Of a stretch of DNA of 64,000 nucleotides, positions 9,676-19,292 are shown piece by piece. Every line of letters starts with the position of its first letter. The first letter of the stretch is position 1. The notes beneath the pieces are model-generated. The model saw only the letters and a list, made by a program, of their open reading frames with translations. It was not told where the DNA came from and searched no databases. Position numbers and translations under genes: made by a program. This DNA is from Abditibacterium sp. (GTDB taxonomy: Bacteria; Armatimonadota; Abditibacteriia; Abditibacteriales; Abditibacteriaceae), in the NCBI GenBank assembly GCA_965199495.1, contig CBDASK010000003.1:2144001-2208000 (forward strand), written 5' to 3'.

Positions 9676-11052
9676 ATGAACAATCCCGCTTCCACAGAAT
9701 CGCCTTCCGAAACCTCTTCCCATTCCGCTTCCCTCTCGCCAGTGGACGCTTACGCCAAGCCAAGCGATGTGCACTTCGCGCCAACGATTTCTCGTGGCGC
9801 GCTTGTGCGCGGTCAGCAATCGCATCTGCAAAACACCGTCGTAATGCTGTTGGCGGGCGGACAGGGCGAGCGACTTTATCCCCTCACGCGCGACCGCGCC
9901 AAACCTAGCGTTCCCATCGGCGGCAACTATCGCATCATTGATTTCGCGCTTTCCAACTGTATTAATTCCGGATTGCGTCGCATTTTAGTGATGACACAAT
10001 ACAAATCGTTTTCGCTGCAACGCCATATTCAGGCGGCGTGGGAGCTTTTCAACCCGGTGATGGGCGAATATATTGATGTGATTCCGCCGCAGCAACGCAA
10101 CGTGAAACGCTGGTATCAGGGCACCGCCGACGCGATTTTCCAGAACATTTATATGCTGGAGCAGGAAAAGCCCGCTTACGTCGTGATTTTGAGCGGCGAT
10201 CATATTTACAAAATGGATTACTCCAAGATGTTGGAGTTTCACATCGAGAAGGGCGCCGACTTGACGATGAGTTGCACCAAGGTGCCGCGCGCCGAAGCCT
10301 CGCGCTTTGGCATTGCAGCCACCGACGCCGACAACCGCATCACCGCCTTCGTCGAAAAGCCCAGCGACCCACCCGCCATTCCCAACGACCCAGATTATTC
10401 TTATTCTTCGATGGGCGTTTACATTTTTTCCACCGAAAAATTGGTGCGCCGCGTTATTCAAGATGTCAAGCAAGAAACCGAACATGATTTCGGCAAAAAC
10501 GTGATTCCGCGTATGGTTGAAAATGGCGACCGAGTTTACGCCTACGAATACGAAGATGAGAACCACTCGATTTCTGTGCCCCAAGGCGAGGTTTACTGGC
10601 GCGACATCGGCACCATCGCTTCCTACTACGAAGCCAACATGGATTTGGTGAAAGTCGCGCCGCAATTCGATCTTTACGACGATAATTGGCCGATTCATCG
10701 CCGCTCGCAACCCGGCCCCCCCGCTCGTATTCTTTCGCATGGCGAAGACCGTGTTCCAGTTATTGTTGATTCGATTCTCTCGACGGGCGTCATCGTTTCG
10801 GGGGCGCGCGTCGAGCGTTCGATCATCGGGCCACGCTCGTTTATTCATTCGTGGGCCAGCGTTGAGGATTCCATTTTGTTCGATGATGTCGAAGTCGGGC
10901 GCAACTGTAAGATTCGGCGCGCCATCATTGATAAGCACGTCAAAATTCCCGCTGGCACTACCATCGGTTATGACTTAGAGGAAGACGCCAAACGTTTCAC
11001 GGTTTCGCCCGAAGGTATCGTTGTTGTGCCAAAAAGCATGGCGCTGACTTAA
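9676..11052 (+). CDS. glgC: Glucose-1-phosphate adenylyltransferase
   Basis: LAGGQGERLYPLTRDRAKPSVP, WYQGTADA, LSGDHIYKMDY, FVEKP, DFGK, YWRDIGT, C-terminal beta-helix. Confidence 0.97.
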   Translation: MNNPASTESPSETSSHSASLSPVDAYAKPSDVHFAPTISRGALVRGQQSHLQNTVVMLLAGGQGERLYPLTRDRAKPSVPIGGNYRIIDFALSNCINSGLRRILVMTQYKSFSLQRHIQAAWELFNPVMGEYIDVIPPQQRNVKRWYQGTADAIFQNIYMLEQEKPAYVVILSGDHIYKMDYSKMLEFHIEKGADLTMSCTKVPRAEASRFGIAATDADNRITAFVEKPSDPPAIPNDPDYSYSSMGVYIFSTEKLVRRVIQDVKQETEHDFGKNVIPRMVENGDRVYAYEYEDENHSISVPQGEVYWRDIGTIASYYEANMDLVKVAPQFDLYDDNWPIHRRSQPGPPARILSHGEDRVPVIVDSILSTGVIVSGARVERSIIGPRSFIHSWASVEDSILFDDVEVGRNCKIRRAIIDKHVKIPAGTTIGYDLEEDAKRFTVSPEGIVVVPKSMALT

Positions 11053-11121
11053 ATTGGGCAGAGAAATTCTGCCGTGAATCGGAGAATGGTGTAAAATTAA
11101 AGCGCGTTGTTTCACAGGGAT

Positions 11122-11137
11122 TGTTTCACGTGAAACA
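11122..11137. promoter_or_regulatory. parS centromere site upstream of parA
   Basis: Perfect TGTTTCACGTGAAACA; half-site TGTTTCACA at 11108. Confidence 0.95.
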
Positions 11138-11213
11138 ACGCGTTTTTCTGTTTTGTGTTCAGTCTGTCTTTTGTTCACGCCGTATAAATGCGTCTTTTGT
11201 TGGCAATATCCTT

Positions 11214-12050
11214 ATGATTCTGAGCGTGATTAACCAAAAAGGCGGCGTCGGCAAAACGACGACTGCCATCAACGTGGCGGCGGCACTGGCACTTTGGGGC
11301 CACGAAACGCTGTTGATTGATTTAGATCCGCAAGGCAATGCAACCAGTGGTTGCGGCGTCAATCCCGGCGAAATCGCTGGCCCCAGCCTTTATGAAGCGC
11401 TGCTCGCCGTTCAGGAAAAAAACGCGGAAATCGTGCGTCCCGGCATCGCTTCAACGGGCATCGCCGGATTATCGGTTGTGGGTGCCTCGCCCGAATTGGC
11501 GGGATCAGAAGTTGAGCTGGCCGACAACGCGCGCCGTGACGGACTCCGTCGAATTTTAAAAGATTTCGGCGACGAGTATTCTTTTATCATCGTAGATACG
11601 CCGCCCTCTCTGTCGTTGCTCACAGTCAATTCGCTGGTGGCTGCTGATCGGTTGATTATTCCCGTCCAATGCGAATATTTCGCGCTCGAAGGTTTGGGAC
11701 AATTGCTGCGCACACTGGAAAAGATTCGCCGCTTTCTTAATCCCGATTTGGCTGTAATGGGTTTGTTACGCACCATGTTCGATTCGCGCGTTGCGTTATC
11801 GGGCCAGGTTTCGGCGGAGCTGGAAAAGCATTTTTCGCAGTTGGTCTTCAGAACCATCGTCCCCCGCAACGTGCGATTGGCCGAAGCTCCTTCGCATGGT
11901 AAACCCATCGCCCTGCACGATCGTCGCTCGGTCGGCGCGGACGCTTACCGCCGTCTGGCGCTTGAAGTTTTGGCGCGCGCCGGGAAAAAGCCGAAAGTGG
12001 CTGGTTCCGATGTTGCCGATGATAATTCCGTTGGAGAAACCAATAAGTAG
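11214..12050 (+). CDS. parA: Chromosome partitioning ATPase ParA/Soj
   Basis: NQKGGVGKTTT, IDLDPQGNAT, DTPPSL, PVQCEYFALEG, PRNVRLAEAPSHG. Confidence 0.97.
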   Translation: MILSVINQKGGVGKTTTAINVAAALALWGHETLLIDLDPQGNATSGCGVNPGEIAGPSLYEALLAVQEKNAEIVRPGIASTGIAGLSVVGASPELAGSEVELADNARRDGLRRILKDFGDEYSFIIVDTPPSLSLLTVNSLVAADRLIIPVQCEYFALEGLGQLLRTLEKIRRFLNPDLAVMGLLRTMFDSRVALSGQVSAELEKHFSQLVFRTIVPRNVRLAEAPSHGKPIALHDRRSVGADAYRRLALEVLARAGKKPKVAGSDVADDNSVGETNK

Positions 12051-12087
12051 CTGAGGACTTCTGATTTTCGACTATAAATCTCAAATT

Positions 12088-13149
12088 ATGGCAAACAAAA
12101 CTACCGCTTCCCCTCCTAAACGCGCCCTGGGACGAGGGCTTTCTGCGCTTATTCCCGAATCCGATTTCGATTTGCTTTCGGGCGTTGCTCGCGGCACTAT
12201 TCAACCTTCGCCCGTTGATTCATCGTTTGCAGCCAACGCAGGCGAACCCATCAACACGAAGAAATTCGATGACAAAAAAGCGGAAACGGACAAAGAGAAC
12301 TCTGTGACGGAAAGCGCACATCGGCCCATGCAAATGGAAGACGGGGCGGTGCAATACATCGCACTGGAGCAGATCGAAGCGAATCCCTTCCAGCCACGTC
12401 AGGTTTGGAGCGAAGAAGAATTGGAAAATCTGGCGGATTCGATTCGCGAACACGGTGTTTTGCAGCCGGTTTTAGTGCGTCCCCTGCCCGACCGCCAGCC
12501 TTCAGATGTCGTTCAATTTCAATTAATCGCGGGCGAACGCCGTTGGCGCGCCGCAACGCGCGCTCAATTAAAGCAGATTCCCGCCATCGTACGCGATGTA
12601 GATAACAAGTCGGCGCTCGAATTGGCGATAATCGAAAATGTCCAGCGTCACGACATCAGCGCTGTCGAATCGGCGCAGGCCTATCGGCGTTTATCCGATG
12701 AATTTAATCTGTCGCAGGAGAAAATCGCGGCGCGCGTGGGAAAAAGCCGCGCCGCCGTGGCTAACACGATGCGCTTGCTTGACCTTCCCGAAGAGGCATT
12801 GGAAGCCATTCGTAACAACAACATTAGCGAAGGACATGGCCGCGCCTTGTTGACTGCTTCCGACGATGGCACGCGCCGTGCGCTTCTACGCCGCACTTTA
12901 CGGGATCACTTGACAGTGCGCGAGGTCGAACGCTTGGCACGCGAAGCCACCGCATCCACTGCGCCTTCAGTTCGATTGCCGCGTTCAAATGCTGCCGATA
13001 TTACGCGTTTAGAAGATACCCTCCAACGCACATTGGGTATGCGCCTCAAACTGCGCGTGCGCAAAAGCGGTGGACAATTGATCATTGAATATTCTTCGAC
13101 CGAAGAGCTGCAACGTTTGGCCACCAATTTAACTAACGCCGCAAAATAA
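12088..13149 (+). CDS. parB: Chromosome partitioning CTPase ParB/Spo0J
   Basis: LGRGLSALI, NPFQPR, GVLQPVLVR, LIAGERRWRA, IENVQR, HTH VGKSRAAVANTMRLL. Confidence 0.97.
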   Translation: MANKTTASPPKRALGRGLSALIPESDFDLLSGVARGTIQPSPVDSSFAANAGEPINTKKFDDKKAETDKENSVTESAHRPMQMEDGAVQYIALEQIEANPFQPRQVWSEEELENLADSIREHGVLQPVLVRPLPDRQPSDVVQFQLIAGERRWRAATRAQLKQIPAIVRDVDNKSALELAIIENVQRHDISAVESAQAYRRLSDEFNLSQEKIAARVGKSRAAVANTMRLLDLPEEALEAIRNNNISEGHGRALLTASDDGTRRALLRRTLRDHLTVREVERLAREATASTAPSVRLPRSNAADITRLEDTLQRTLGMRLKLRVRKSGGQLIIEYSSTEELQRLATNLTNAAK

Positions 13150-13156
13150 ATCAGAT

Positions 13157-13172
13157 TGTTTCACATGAAATA
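13157..13172. promoter_or_regulatory. Degenerate parS site between parB and nrdR
   Basis: TGTTTCACATGAAATA, 2 mismatches to consensus. Confidence 0.7.
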
Positions 13173-13199
13173 AAGGCCTGAAATAACTATTCCCGTAAA

Positions 13200-13679
13200 A
13201 TGAAGTGCCCTCACTGTCAGCATCAAGACACGCGCGTCGTTGATTCGCGCCCCATCGAAGATGGGGCGCTGTTGCGTCGTCGGCGCCAGTGCGATCATTG
13301 TGGCGCCCGATTTTCTACGCACGAACGGGCGATTAGTTCGCCCTTAGTTGTTGTTAAAAAAGACGGTCGCCGCGAAGAATTTTCTGGGGCAAAACTGCGC
13401 GGTGGAATTGCCAAAGCCTGCAATAAACGCCCGGTCGCGACTGCCGACATAGAGGGCGCCGTCGAAGAAATCGAGGCGGCTCTACGACGTGAAAACAGTA
13501 GCGAAGTACCGGTTGAGCGTGTCGGCGAACTGGTCATGGAAAAATTATTGGCCCTCGATCAAGTGGCTTACGTGCGTTTTGCCTCGGTTTATCAACAGTT
13601 TGATGATGTCAAATTGTTCGCTCAACTACTCGAACGAATGAGCCGTCGCAACCGGAGCAAAACTGCGCAAAATGAGTAA
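13200..13679 (+). CDS. nrdR: Transcriptional repressor NrdR
   Basis: MKCPHC..DTRVVDSR, RRRRQC..CG.RFST.E, ATP-cone, VAYVRFASVY. Confidence 0.97.
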   Translation: MKCPHCQHQDTRVVDSRPIEDGALLRRRRQCDHCGARFSTHERAISSPLVVVKKDGRREEFSGAKLRGGIAKACNKRPVATADIEGAVEEIEAALRRENSSEVPVERVGELVMEKLLALDQVAYVRFASVYQQFDDVKLFAQLLERMSRRNRSKTAQNE

Positions 13680-13726
13680 AGCCATTGTTTTTTAATACAC
13701 CTCCGAATGGCAAAAACTTTTTCCGA

Positions 13727-14731
13727 ATGAACCACTCGTCCTTTATGACACCCAACTTATCTCATGCGTCAAATCGTGCTGCACATAAAGCCCGCGTCCT
13801 TGAATTTTGCGAGGTCGCTCCTTTGCATTATCAACTGCGGCTGCAATGTCCACAATTAGCGCAATCCGCTCAGCCCGGCCAGTTCGTGCATATTCTCCCT
13901 TCACCTAATTCTGATTCGTTTCATTTCGATCCATTATTACGTCGCGCTTTTTCCATTATGAGCGTGGGCAAAAGTGAAGATTCACAGACCAAAGAGACAA
14001 TTGACGTTTTATTTCGGGTTGAGGGTCGCGGAACAAAATTACTGGCCCAATCCCAAATTGGCGATGAAATAGATTTGATTGGCCCGCTCGGACTTGCTTT
14101 TGACATTTCTTCCTATGGCATATCATTCGATGTGGAACATTCATTGTTTCACGTGAAACAATCTACGGCTGACCGGCGGGTCATCGTTGTGGGCGGTGGC
14201 GTTGGAGTGCCGCCCTTAGTTTTTCTGAGCGATGTTTTATCAAAGGCGGGCGTTGAAGTCGAAGGAATTATTGGCGCTCGGACATCCAACGAGATTATTG
14301 GATGGGACGAACTCGATACTTTCTGTCAGAGAGTGAGCGTAACTACGGACGATGGGAGTCGGGGGCATCATGGGCGCGTCACGGATATTTTGGCCGATGT
14401 TTTGAATCAATCGAATGAAGAAGATAAAGCGGTAATTCCCATCGTTTACGCGTGTGGGCCTCTGCCGATGCTACGGGCCGTCGCGCAAATGTGCGCTTCA
14501 TTGGGTGTGAAATGTCAGGTTTCAATGGAAGAGAATATGCCCTGCGGCATTGGTGTTTGCAATGGCTGCGTCGTTCGCGTTTGCCAGAAAGAGAAGGAAT
14601 TGAAGGATCGAGAAGGATCGAGAATTGATCGTCAGGAAGATTGGTCGGCCTACCATTCCTATCGCAGAGTGTGCGTGGAAGGCCCGGCTTGTTGGGCGGA
14701 TGAAATCGATTGGGAGCATAATCATGGTTGA
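13727..14731 (+). CDS. pyrK: Dihydroorotate dehydrogenase electron transfer subunit (start approximate)
   Basis: PGQFVH, LRRAFS, GPLG, VGGGVGVPPL, YACGP, EENMPCGIGVCNGC...RVCVEGP. Confidence 0.93.
   Translation: MNHSSFMTPNLSHASNRAAHKARVLEFCEVAPLHYQLRLQCPQLAQSAQPGQFVHILPSPNSDSFHFDPLLRRAFSIMSVGKSEDSQTKETIDVLFRVEGRGTKLLAQSQIGDEIDLIGPLGLAFDISSYGISFDVEHSLFHVKQSTADRRVIVVGGGVGVPPLVFLSDVLSKAGVEVEGIIGARTSNEIIGWDELDTFCQRVSVTTDDGSRGHHGRVTDILADVLNQSNEEDKAVIPIVYACGPLPMLRAVAQMCASLGVKCQVSMEENMPCGIGVCNGCVVRVCQKEKELKDREGSRIDRQEDWSAYHSYRRVCVEGPACWADEIDWEHNHG
14145..14160. promoter_or_regulatory. parS site inside the pyrK coding sequence
   Basis: Perfect TGTTTCACGTGAAACA encoding LFHVKQ; degenerate neighbour ..TTCGATGTGGAACA at about 14124-14139. 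Confidence 0.92.
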
Positions 14732-15632
14732 TTTAACAACGAAAATTGGCGATTTGACGCTTCGTAATCCGGTGCTGACAGCTTCGGGAACGTTCGGTTA
14801 TGGCGAGGAGATCGCCGATTTGATCTCGTTGGATGGGTTGGGGGCGATTATTTGCAAAACGGTGACGCGGCGACCACGCGAAGGTAATCCGCCGCCGCGC
14901 ACCTGTGAGACGGCGGCGGGTATGCTCAACGCCATCGGCTTGCAAAACGTCGGGGTCGAAACGTTTATTCGGGAAAAAATGCCGTTTTTACGAGAATGCG
15001 CGACACCAATCGTGGTTAATATCGCGGGCGAATCGGTTGAAGATTTCGGGTTTCTCTGTCGCGCTTTAAGCGAAGTCGAAGGTATCAGCGCACTGGAATT
15101 GAATATCTCCTGTCCCAACGTGGCTCATGGTCTCGACTTCGCGACCGATCCTGCAATCACCGAAGATGTAGTGAACCACGCGCGAAATTCCACTCATTTG
15201 CCGATTTGGATAAAATTATCGCCGAACGTGACGGACATCGCTTCCCTTGCGCGTGCGGCAGAGCAGGGCGGAGCCGATGCACTCTGCGTCGCCAATACTT
15301 TCGTGGGAATCGCGATTGACATTAAACGGCGGCGCCCACGACTTTCCAACAAAACGGGCGGGCTTTCTGGGCCAGCGATCAAGCCACTGGCACTGCGTGC
15401 GGTCTGGCAATGCGCGGGCGCCGTCGAGATTCCGATTCTTGGCATTGGCGGTATCGCCACTGCTTCCGATGCCATCGAATTTTTGCTGGCTGGAGCGAGC
15501 GCCGTGCAAGTCGGAACCGCGACTTTTGTGCAGCCATGCGCAGCGACTGATGTCGCGCAGGGCATCGCTAATTACTTAGAGCAAAACGGGCTCAATTCGC
15601 CCGCAGAATTAGTGGGATTGGCGCGAGAATAA
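14724..15632 (+). CDS. pyrD: Dihydroorotate dehydrogenase, family 1B catalytic subunit
   Basis: LRNPVLTASGTFG, GNPPPR, NAIGLQN.G, ELNISCPN, KLSPN, GGLSGPAIKP. Confidence 0.97.
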   Translation: MVDLTTKIGDLTLRNPVLTASGTFGYGEEIADLISLDGLGAIICKTVTRRPREGNPPPRTCETAAGMLNAIGLQNVGVETFIREKMPFLRECATPIVVNIAGESVEDFGFLCRALSEVEGISALELNISCPNVAHGLDFATDPAITEDVVNHARNSTHLPIWIKLSPNVTDIASLARAAEQGGADALCVANTFVGIAIDIKRRRPRLSNKTGGLSGPAIKPLALRAVWQCAGAVEIPILGIGGIATASDAIEFLLAGASAVQVGTATFVQPCAATDVAQGIANYLEQNGLNSPAELVGLARE

Positions 15633-15634
15633 AC

Positions 15635-15679
15635 GCGAAAGGCGACAATTTAATCGAATTGTCGCCTTTCGCTGTTTTT
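15635..15679. terminator. Intrinsic (probably bidirectional) terminator
   Basis: GCGAAAGGCGACAATT / AATTGTCGCCTTTCGC hairpin followed by a T-run, between convergent genes. Confidence 0.8.
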
Positions 15680-15680
15680 A

Positions 15681-16661
15681 TTAACCCCACGGGTTAGTTT
15701 TCTCATCGGGCACTGCATCCAAAACGGGCTGTGCGATCTTGGTGATCGCTTCAATATCCTGCGAACTCAATTTTAAGGAGGCGGCCTGTGCGGTATCCTG
15801 AATTTGTTCGGCGTTGCGCGCGCCCACAATAGGCGAAGTCACTCCGGGCTGCGCGATGAGCCACGCCAAGGCGATTTGCGCCGTATTGGAATCGTATTTT
15901 TCGGCAATCGGTTTGAGTTGATTAGTGGCTTCGAGGGCGATTCCATAAGCCGGGTCTTTGAAGAGGTGATTGCCCTCGCGATTGTCCGTCGGACGATTGT
16001 CCATATTGAACTTGCCCGTTACCAAACCCTGCGCCAAAGGCGAGTAGGGGATGATGCCGATTTCGTTCTTGATGCAAAATTCGACGGTGCCATTAGCGAC
16101 ATACGGCTGAAAAAACAACGAGTAGGGTGGCTGCAACGCGTCCACGCGTCCATATTGCAGCGCTTCTTCAATGAGCGATTTATCGAAGTTAGAAACGCCA
16201 ATCGCCCCAATCTTTCCGGCTTCCTGCAATTTGACCAAAGCCGACATCGTCTCTTCGAGCGGAACTTTATCGCCGCCCCATGTTCCACTGGGCCAGTGGA
16301 TTTGGTAAAGATCTATTTTGTCAACGCCCAAACGTTTGAGGGAGTCTTCGCAGGACTTGTTCAAATTTTCGGAGGCCAGCGAACCCGCCCCGACTTTGGT
16401 GGCGATAGTCAAATTATCGTAGCCTACTTCGCGGATGAACTTACCGACAATTTCTTCGGAGTGGCCGTCGCCATAGCCTTCGGCAGTATCATAAGAAGTG
16501 ATGCCGCTTTCGTAGGCAGCACGCATCGCGGCCAGAGAATCGTCGTCGTTGGTGTCAGTCCACTGCTTGCCGCCAGCCTGCCAACAACCGAAAGTAAGAA
16601 CCGTAAAATCGAGGTTTGAACGCCCCAATTTGCGCGTGGGAATGGAATTATGTGTTGCCAT
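15681..16661 (-). CDS. Aldo/keto reductase
   Basis: YDTAEGYG.G.SE, IATKV, SLKRLGVDKIDLYQIHWP, GKIGAIGVSNF, YSPLAQG. Confidence 0.93.
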   Translation of the reverse strand: MATHNSIPTRKLGRSNLDFTVLTFGCWQAGGKQWTDTNDDDSLAAMRAAYESGITSYDTAEGYGDGHSEEIVGKFIREVGYDNLTIATKVGAGSLASENLNKSCEDSLKRLGVDKIDLYQIHWPSGTWGGDKVPLEETMSALVKLQEAGKIGAIGVSNFDKSLIEEALQYGRVDALQPPYSLFFQPYVANGTVEFCIKNEIGIIPYSPLAQGLVTGKFNMDNRPTDNREGNHLFKDPAYGIALEATNQLKPIAEKYDSNTAQIALAWLIAQPGVTSPIVGARNAEQIQDTAQAASLKLSSQDIEAITKIAQPVLDAVPDEKTNPWG

Positions 16662-16736
16662 AGAAGCATTTGTTTATTGCAACTCGCGAACCAATAATCT
16701 TCCCATAGAGGCGTTCGTCAAGGGAAAACTCCCCGT

Positions 16737-16752
16737 TGTTTCACGTGAAACA
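16737..16752. promoter_or_regulatory. parS site in divergent intergenic region
   Basis: Perfect TGTTTCACGTGAAACA. Confidence 0.93.
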
Positions 16753-16797
16753 ATGGATAGAACAGGATTGGAATGCGCTTTGCCGTTGTATCAAAAA

Positions 16798-18036
16798 ATG
16801 AGTTCTCCTTTGATATACGTTTTAATTGGTGGTTATGCTGCCGTTCATGCCGCGCGTAACATTCGTGAGCGCGATTCGCGCGGACGCATCGTTTTGATCA
16901 ATGCCGAAAAGTGGGCGCCCTACGAGCGTCCGCCGCTTTCCAAAGATTTGCTTTACGACGCTGATTATAAGACTGAAAATACTTTTGCCGAACCGGAGAC
17001 ATTCTATCGCGAACATAATATCGAATTGCGCTTGAACACGAGGGCGGCTTCGATTGATCGGGAAAAATGCGAGATTGCCTTGGATGATGGCTCCGTTTTG
17101 GGTTACGACAAATTGTTGCTGGCGCCCGGATCGAGCGCCAAAAAACCGGATTTTGAGGGCGGCGATTTCTCGAATATTCGTGTAATTCGCACTTTAGATG
17201 ACAGCCTAACTTTGCGTGAGGAGTTGGGGCGAGTTGAGAATGTCGCCATCGTCGGTGGTTCTTATCTGGGCTTGGAAGTCGCATCGGGCGCCCTCAAAAT
17301 GGGCGCCAAACCAACGATTATTGATTCTAACGAGGGGCCGTGGAGCAAATTCGCCTCACCGGATTTGCAGGAGTTTTTGGTTGGCGAGTTTGAAAAGGCG
17401 GGGGCAAAGTTCGTGTGGAATCAACGCGTGAAAACTCTGGGCGGGGATAAAAACGGCAAAGCCAACGCGGTTCAAACGGACGAAGGGCCGATTCAAGCTG
17501 ACTTAGTTGTGGCGGCGATTGGCGCGACTTTGCATACCGAATTGGCGAAAAACGCGGGCTTAAAAGTTCACGAAAAGCATGGCATTGTGGTGGATGCGAC
17601 TCTTCGCACCGATGACCCCAATATTTGGGTGGCGGGCGATTGCGCGGCTTATCCCGAAGCGTTCGTTGGGACTTTGTGGCATAACGAGCATTATCGTAAC
17701 GCGCAGTGGCAGGGCGAAATCGCGGGCGCCAATATGGCGAGTGCAGACGATAAGGCCCAGAAGTTCGCGCGCGCACCTTACTTCTTTTCGGATGTTTTGG
17801 ATTTGCACATGATTTTGCGCGGCAACCCGGCGGGCGGCAAACCCGCGAAGGTTTTGGGCGATAGGAAGGCGGGCGAGTTCGCCGAATTATATGCGGACGA
17901 TGAGGGAATTGTCGCGATGGTCGTGATGATTTCACATGATAAACCTAAAACGCGCGCCGTGGCTGATAAATTGGAGCCTTGGTTATGGGAAAAGAAAAAA
18001 ATCGGAGACTACAACGCCGAAATGTTGGAATTGTAA
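16798..18036 (+). CDS. FAD/NAD(P)-dependent oxidoreductase (ferredoxin-reductase/MDAR-like)
   Basis: PYERPPLSK, YDKLLLAPG, IVGGSYLGLEVA, WVAGDCA, PYFFSD. Confidence 0.88.
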   Translation: MSSPLIYVLIGGYAAVHAARNIRERDSRGRIVLINAEKWAPYERPPLSKDLLYDADYKTENTFAEPETFYREHNIELRLNTRAASIDREKCEIALDDGSVLGYDKLLLAPGSSAKKPDFEGGDFSNIRVIRTLDDSLTLREELGRVENVAIVGGSYLGLEVASGALKMGAKPTIIDSNEGPWSKFASPDLQEFLVGEFEKAGAKFVWNQRVKTLGGDKNGKANAVQTDEGPIQADLVVAAIGATLHTELAKNAGLKVHEKHGIVVDATLRTDDPNIWVAGDCAAYPEAFVGTLWHNEHYRNAQWQGEIAGANMASADDKAQKFARAPYFFSDVLDLHMILRGNPAGGKPAKVLGDRKAGEFAELYADDEGIVAMVVMISHDKPKTRAVADKLEPWLWEKKKIGDYNAEMLEL

Positions 18037-18069
18037 TCCTGCGCTCTGACAACAAAAAACTTTTATCCA

Positions 18070-18329
18070 ATGAATAACATTTCCACAAACACAGCCACGG
18101 CGCACAAATTAACGAGAAGAATGTTGGCGAAACGAAGAAAACGTTTCTTATTTTGGTTATCGCCAAAAATCCCGAAGTCGAAGGGTTGATGAAAACCTTG
18201 CTCAAGGCTTCGGGATTCGAGTGCCAGTTCGCGCCGCAGGGCGGATTGGGTTTATCTATGTTCGAGAATAATCCCGCTGATCTGGTTCTGAATTCGACCG
18301 AATTGCTGAGGTCGGTTGAGCGAACTTAA
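18070..18329 (+). pseudogene. Truncated, frameshifted receiver-domain remnant
   Basis: A frame not in the ORF track reads ..FLILVIAKNPEVEGLMKTLLKASGFECQFAPQGGLGLSMFENNPADLVLNS.. (N-terminal half of a REC fold); the ATG at 18070 is in another frame. Confidence 0.55.
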
Positions 18330-18330
18330 T

Positions 18331-19209
18331 TCAAGCTGGATGAACGAGTTGGTTCCATAACGTAAGCGGCGAATTGCAAGATAGCCCCGCGAATTGAGCG
18401 TCGCCAACTTCAATAACGATCCAGCGCAAATCTTCGCGTTGGCCGATGTCAACGGCGATGTAAGGCACTTCAAGTCGCCGGGCGGATTCGAGCGCCAGTG
18501 CGCGCACGGCTTGTTCTTCGGCGTGGCTGAGTGCGGATAGTGAATCTTCGCCGGGCCAATAATAGCCCACACTGAGAATTCGATTGTTCAAAACGAAAAC
18601 GCGATATTCGCGGCCCAGAGGAAAATCTTGGTGCGAGCGCGTGTGGCGCAGTTTCGCCAATTCGCGCGCAATGACGCGGCCCCGCGCGCGGTTTTCCAGC
18701 GACCATAAATGGGCGGATAATTCATTTAACTCGGCTTCGTTATTGGCGACGCACGCGCGCCAGCCGCGCGCTTTGCGCGATTGAACGGCACCTTTGAGGA
18801 ACATCGGAAAACCGATTTCTCGCGCTGCGCGGTTGCAGTCTTCGGGCGTCCACATCGTCAGGCTGCGCGGCGTTAAATCCTCGATGAACGGATAAGCCAC
18901 GTCGAACTCCTGCGCGCGTTGATGTTGGTTGGGCGCGTTGAAAAGGCGCACGTTTTTGGCGTTGGCGGCCTCGTGAATCGCGCGATAACGCGCGGCGTCG
19001 GGAATATAGCCAAGCCAAATTGCGGGCGTTGGTTGCGATTGAGCCGGGATATGCCAGAGCGCGTTTTCGGCGGTTTCGCACTGCGAGAAGTCGGGCGCGA
19101 TGGTGAATATGTGCGCGCCCGCGATGCGCGCGGCTTCGAGACTGCGCGCGATGTCGTCGCGCGACGAAGAGGCCGCGAGCAGTTGTGGGTCTTCAGCGAG
19201 TAAAATCAT
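18331..19209 (-). CDS. ATP-grasp domain protein (DUF4343/R2K-like)
   Basis: FPMFLKG..QSRK, REYRVFVL....LS..YYW, YIAVDIG......IVIEVGDAQFAGL. Confidence 0.8.
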   Translation of the reverse strand: MILLAEDPQLLAASSSRDDIARSLEAARIAGAHIFTIAPDFSQCETAENALWHIPAQSQPTPAIWLGYIPDAARYRAIHEAANAKNVRLFNAPNQHQRAQEFDVAYPFIEDLTPRSLTMWTPEDCNRAAREIGFPMFLKGAVQSRKARGWRACVANNEAELNELSAHLWSLENRARGRVIARELAKLRHTRSHQDFPLGREYRVFVLNNRILSVGYYWPGEDSLSALSHAEEQAVRALALESARRLEVPYIAVDIGQREDLRWIVIEVGDAQFAGLSCNSPLTLWNQLVHPA

Positions 19210-19292
19210 TGAGTTGGAAAATTTGCGCGCGTTTTGGGCGCCGGGTTTGCGGTGATGGGGCGCACTCTCCATTTTAACGAGTAGGAAAAATC

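Noticed and set aside
9905..9908. CTAG scarcity as evidence for the specificity of the MjaI-like enzyme
   Set aside because: CTAG is under-represented in many bacteria regardless, I did not count it exhaustively, and family membership does not fix the recognition site
11121..11213. N-terminal extension of ParA from TTG 11121, and the similar extension 16549-16797
   Set aside because: Reads through parS/promoter DNA; family homology begins at the downstream ATG
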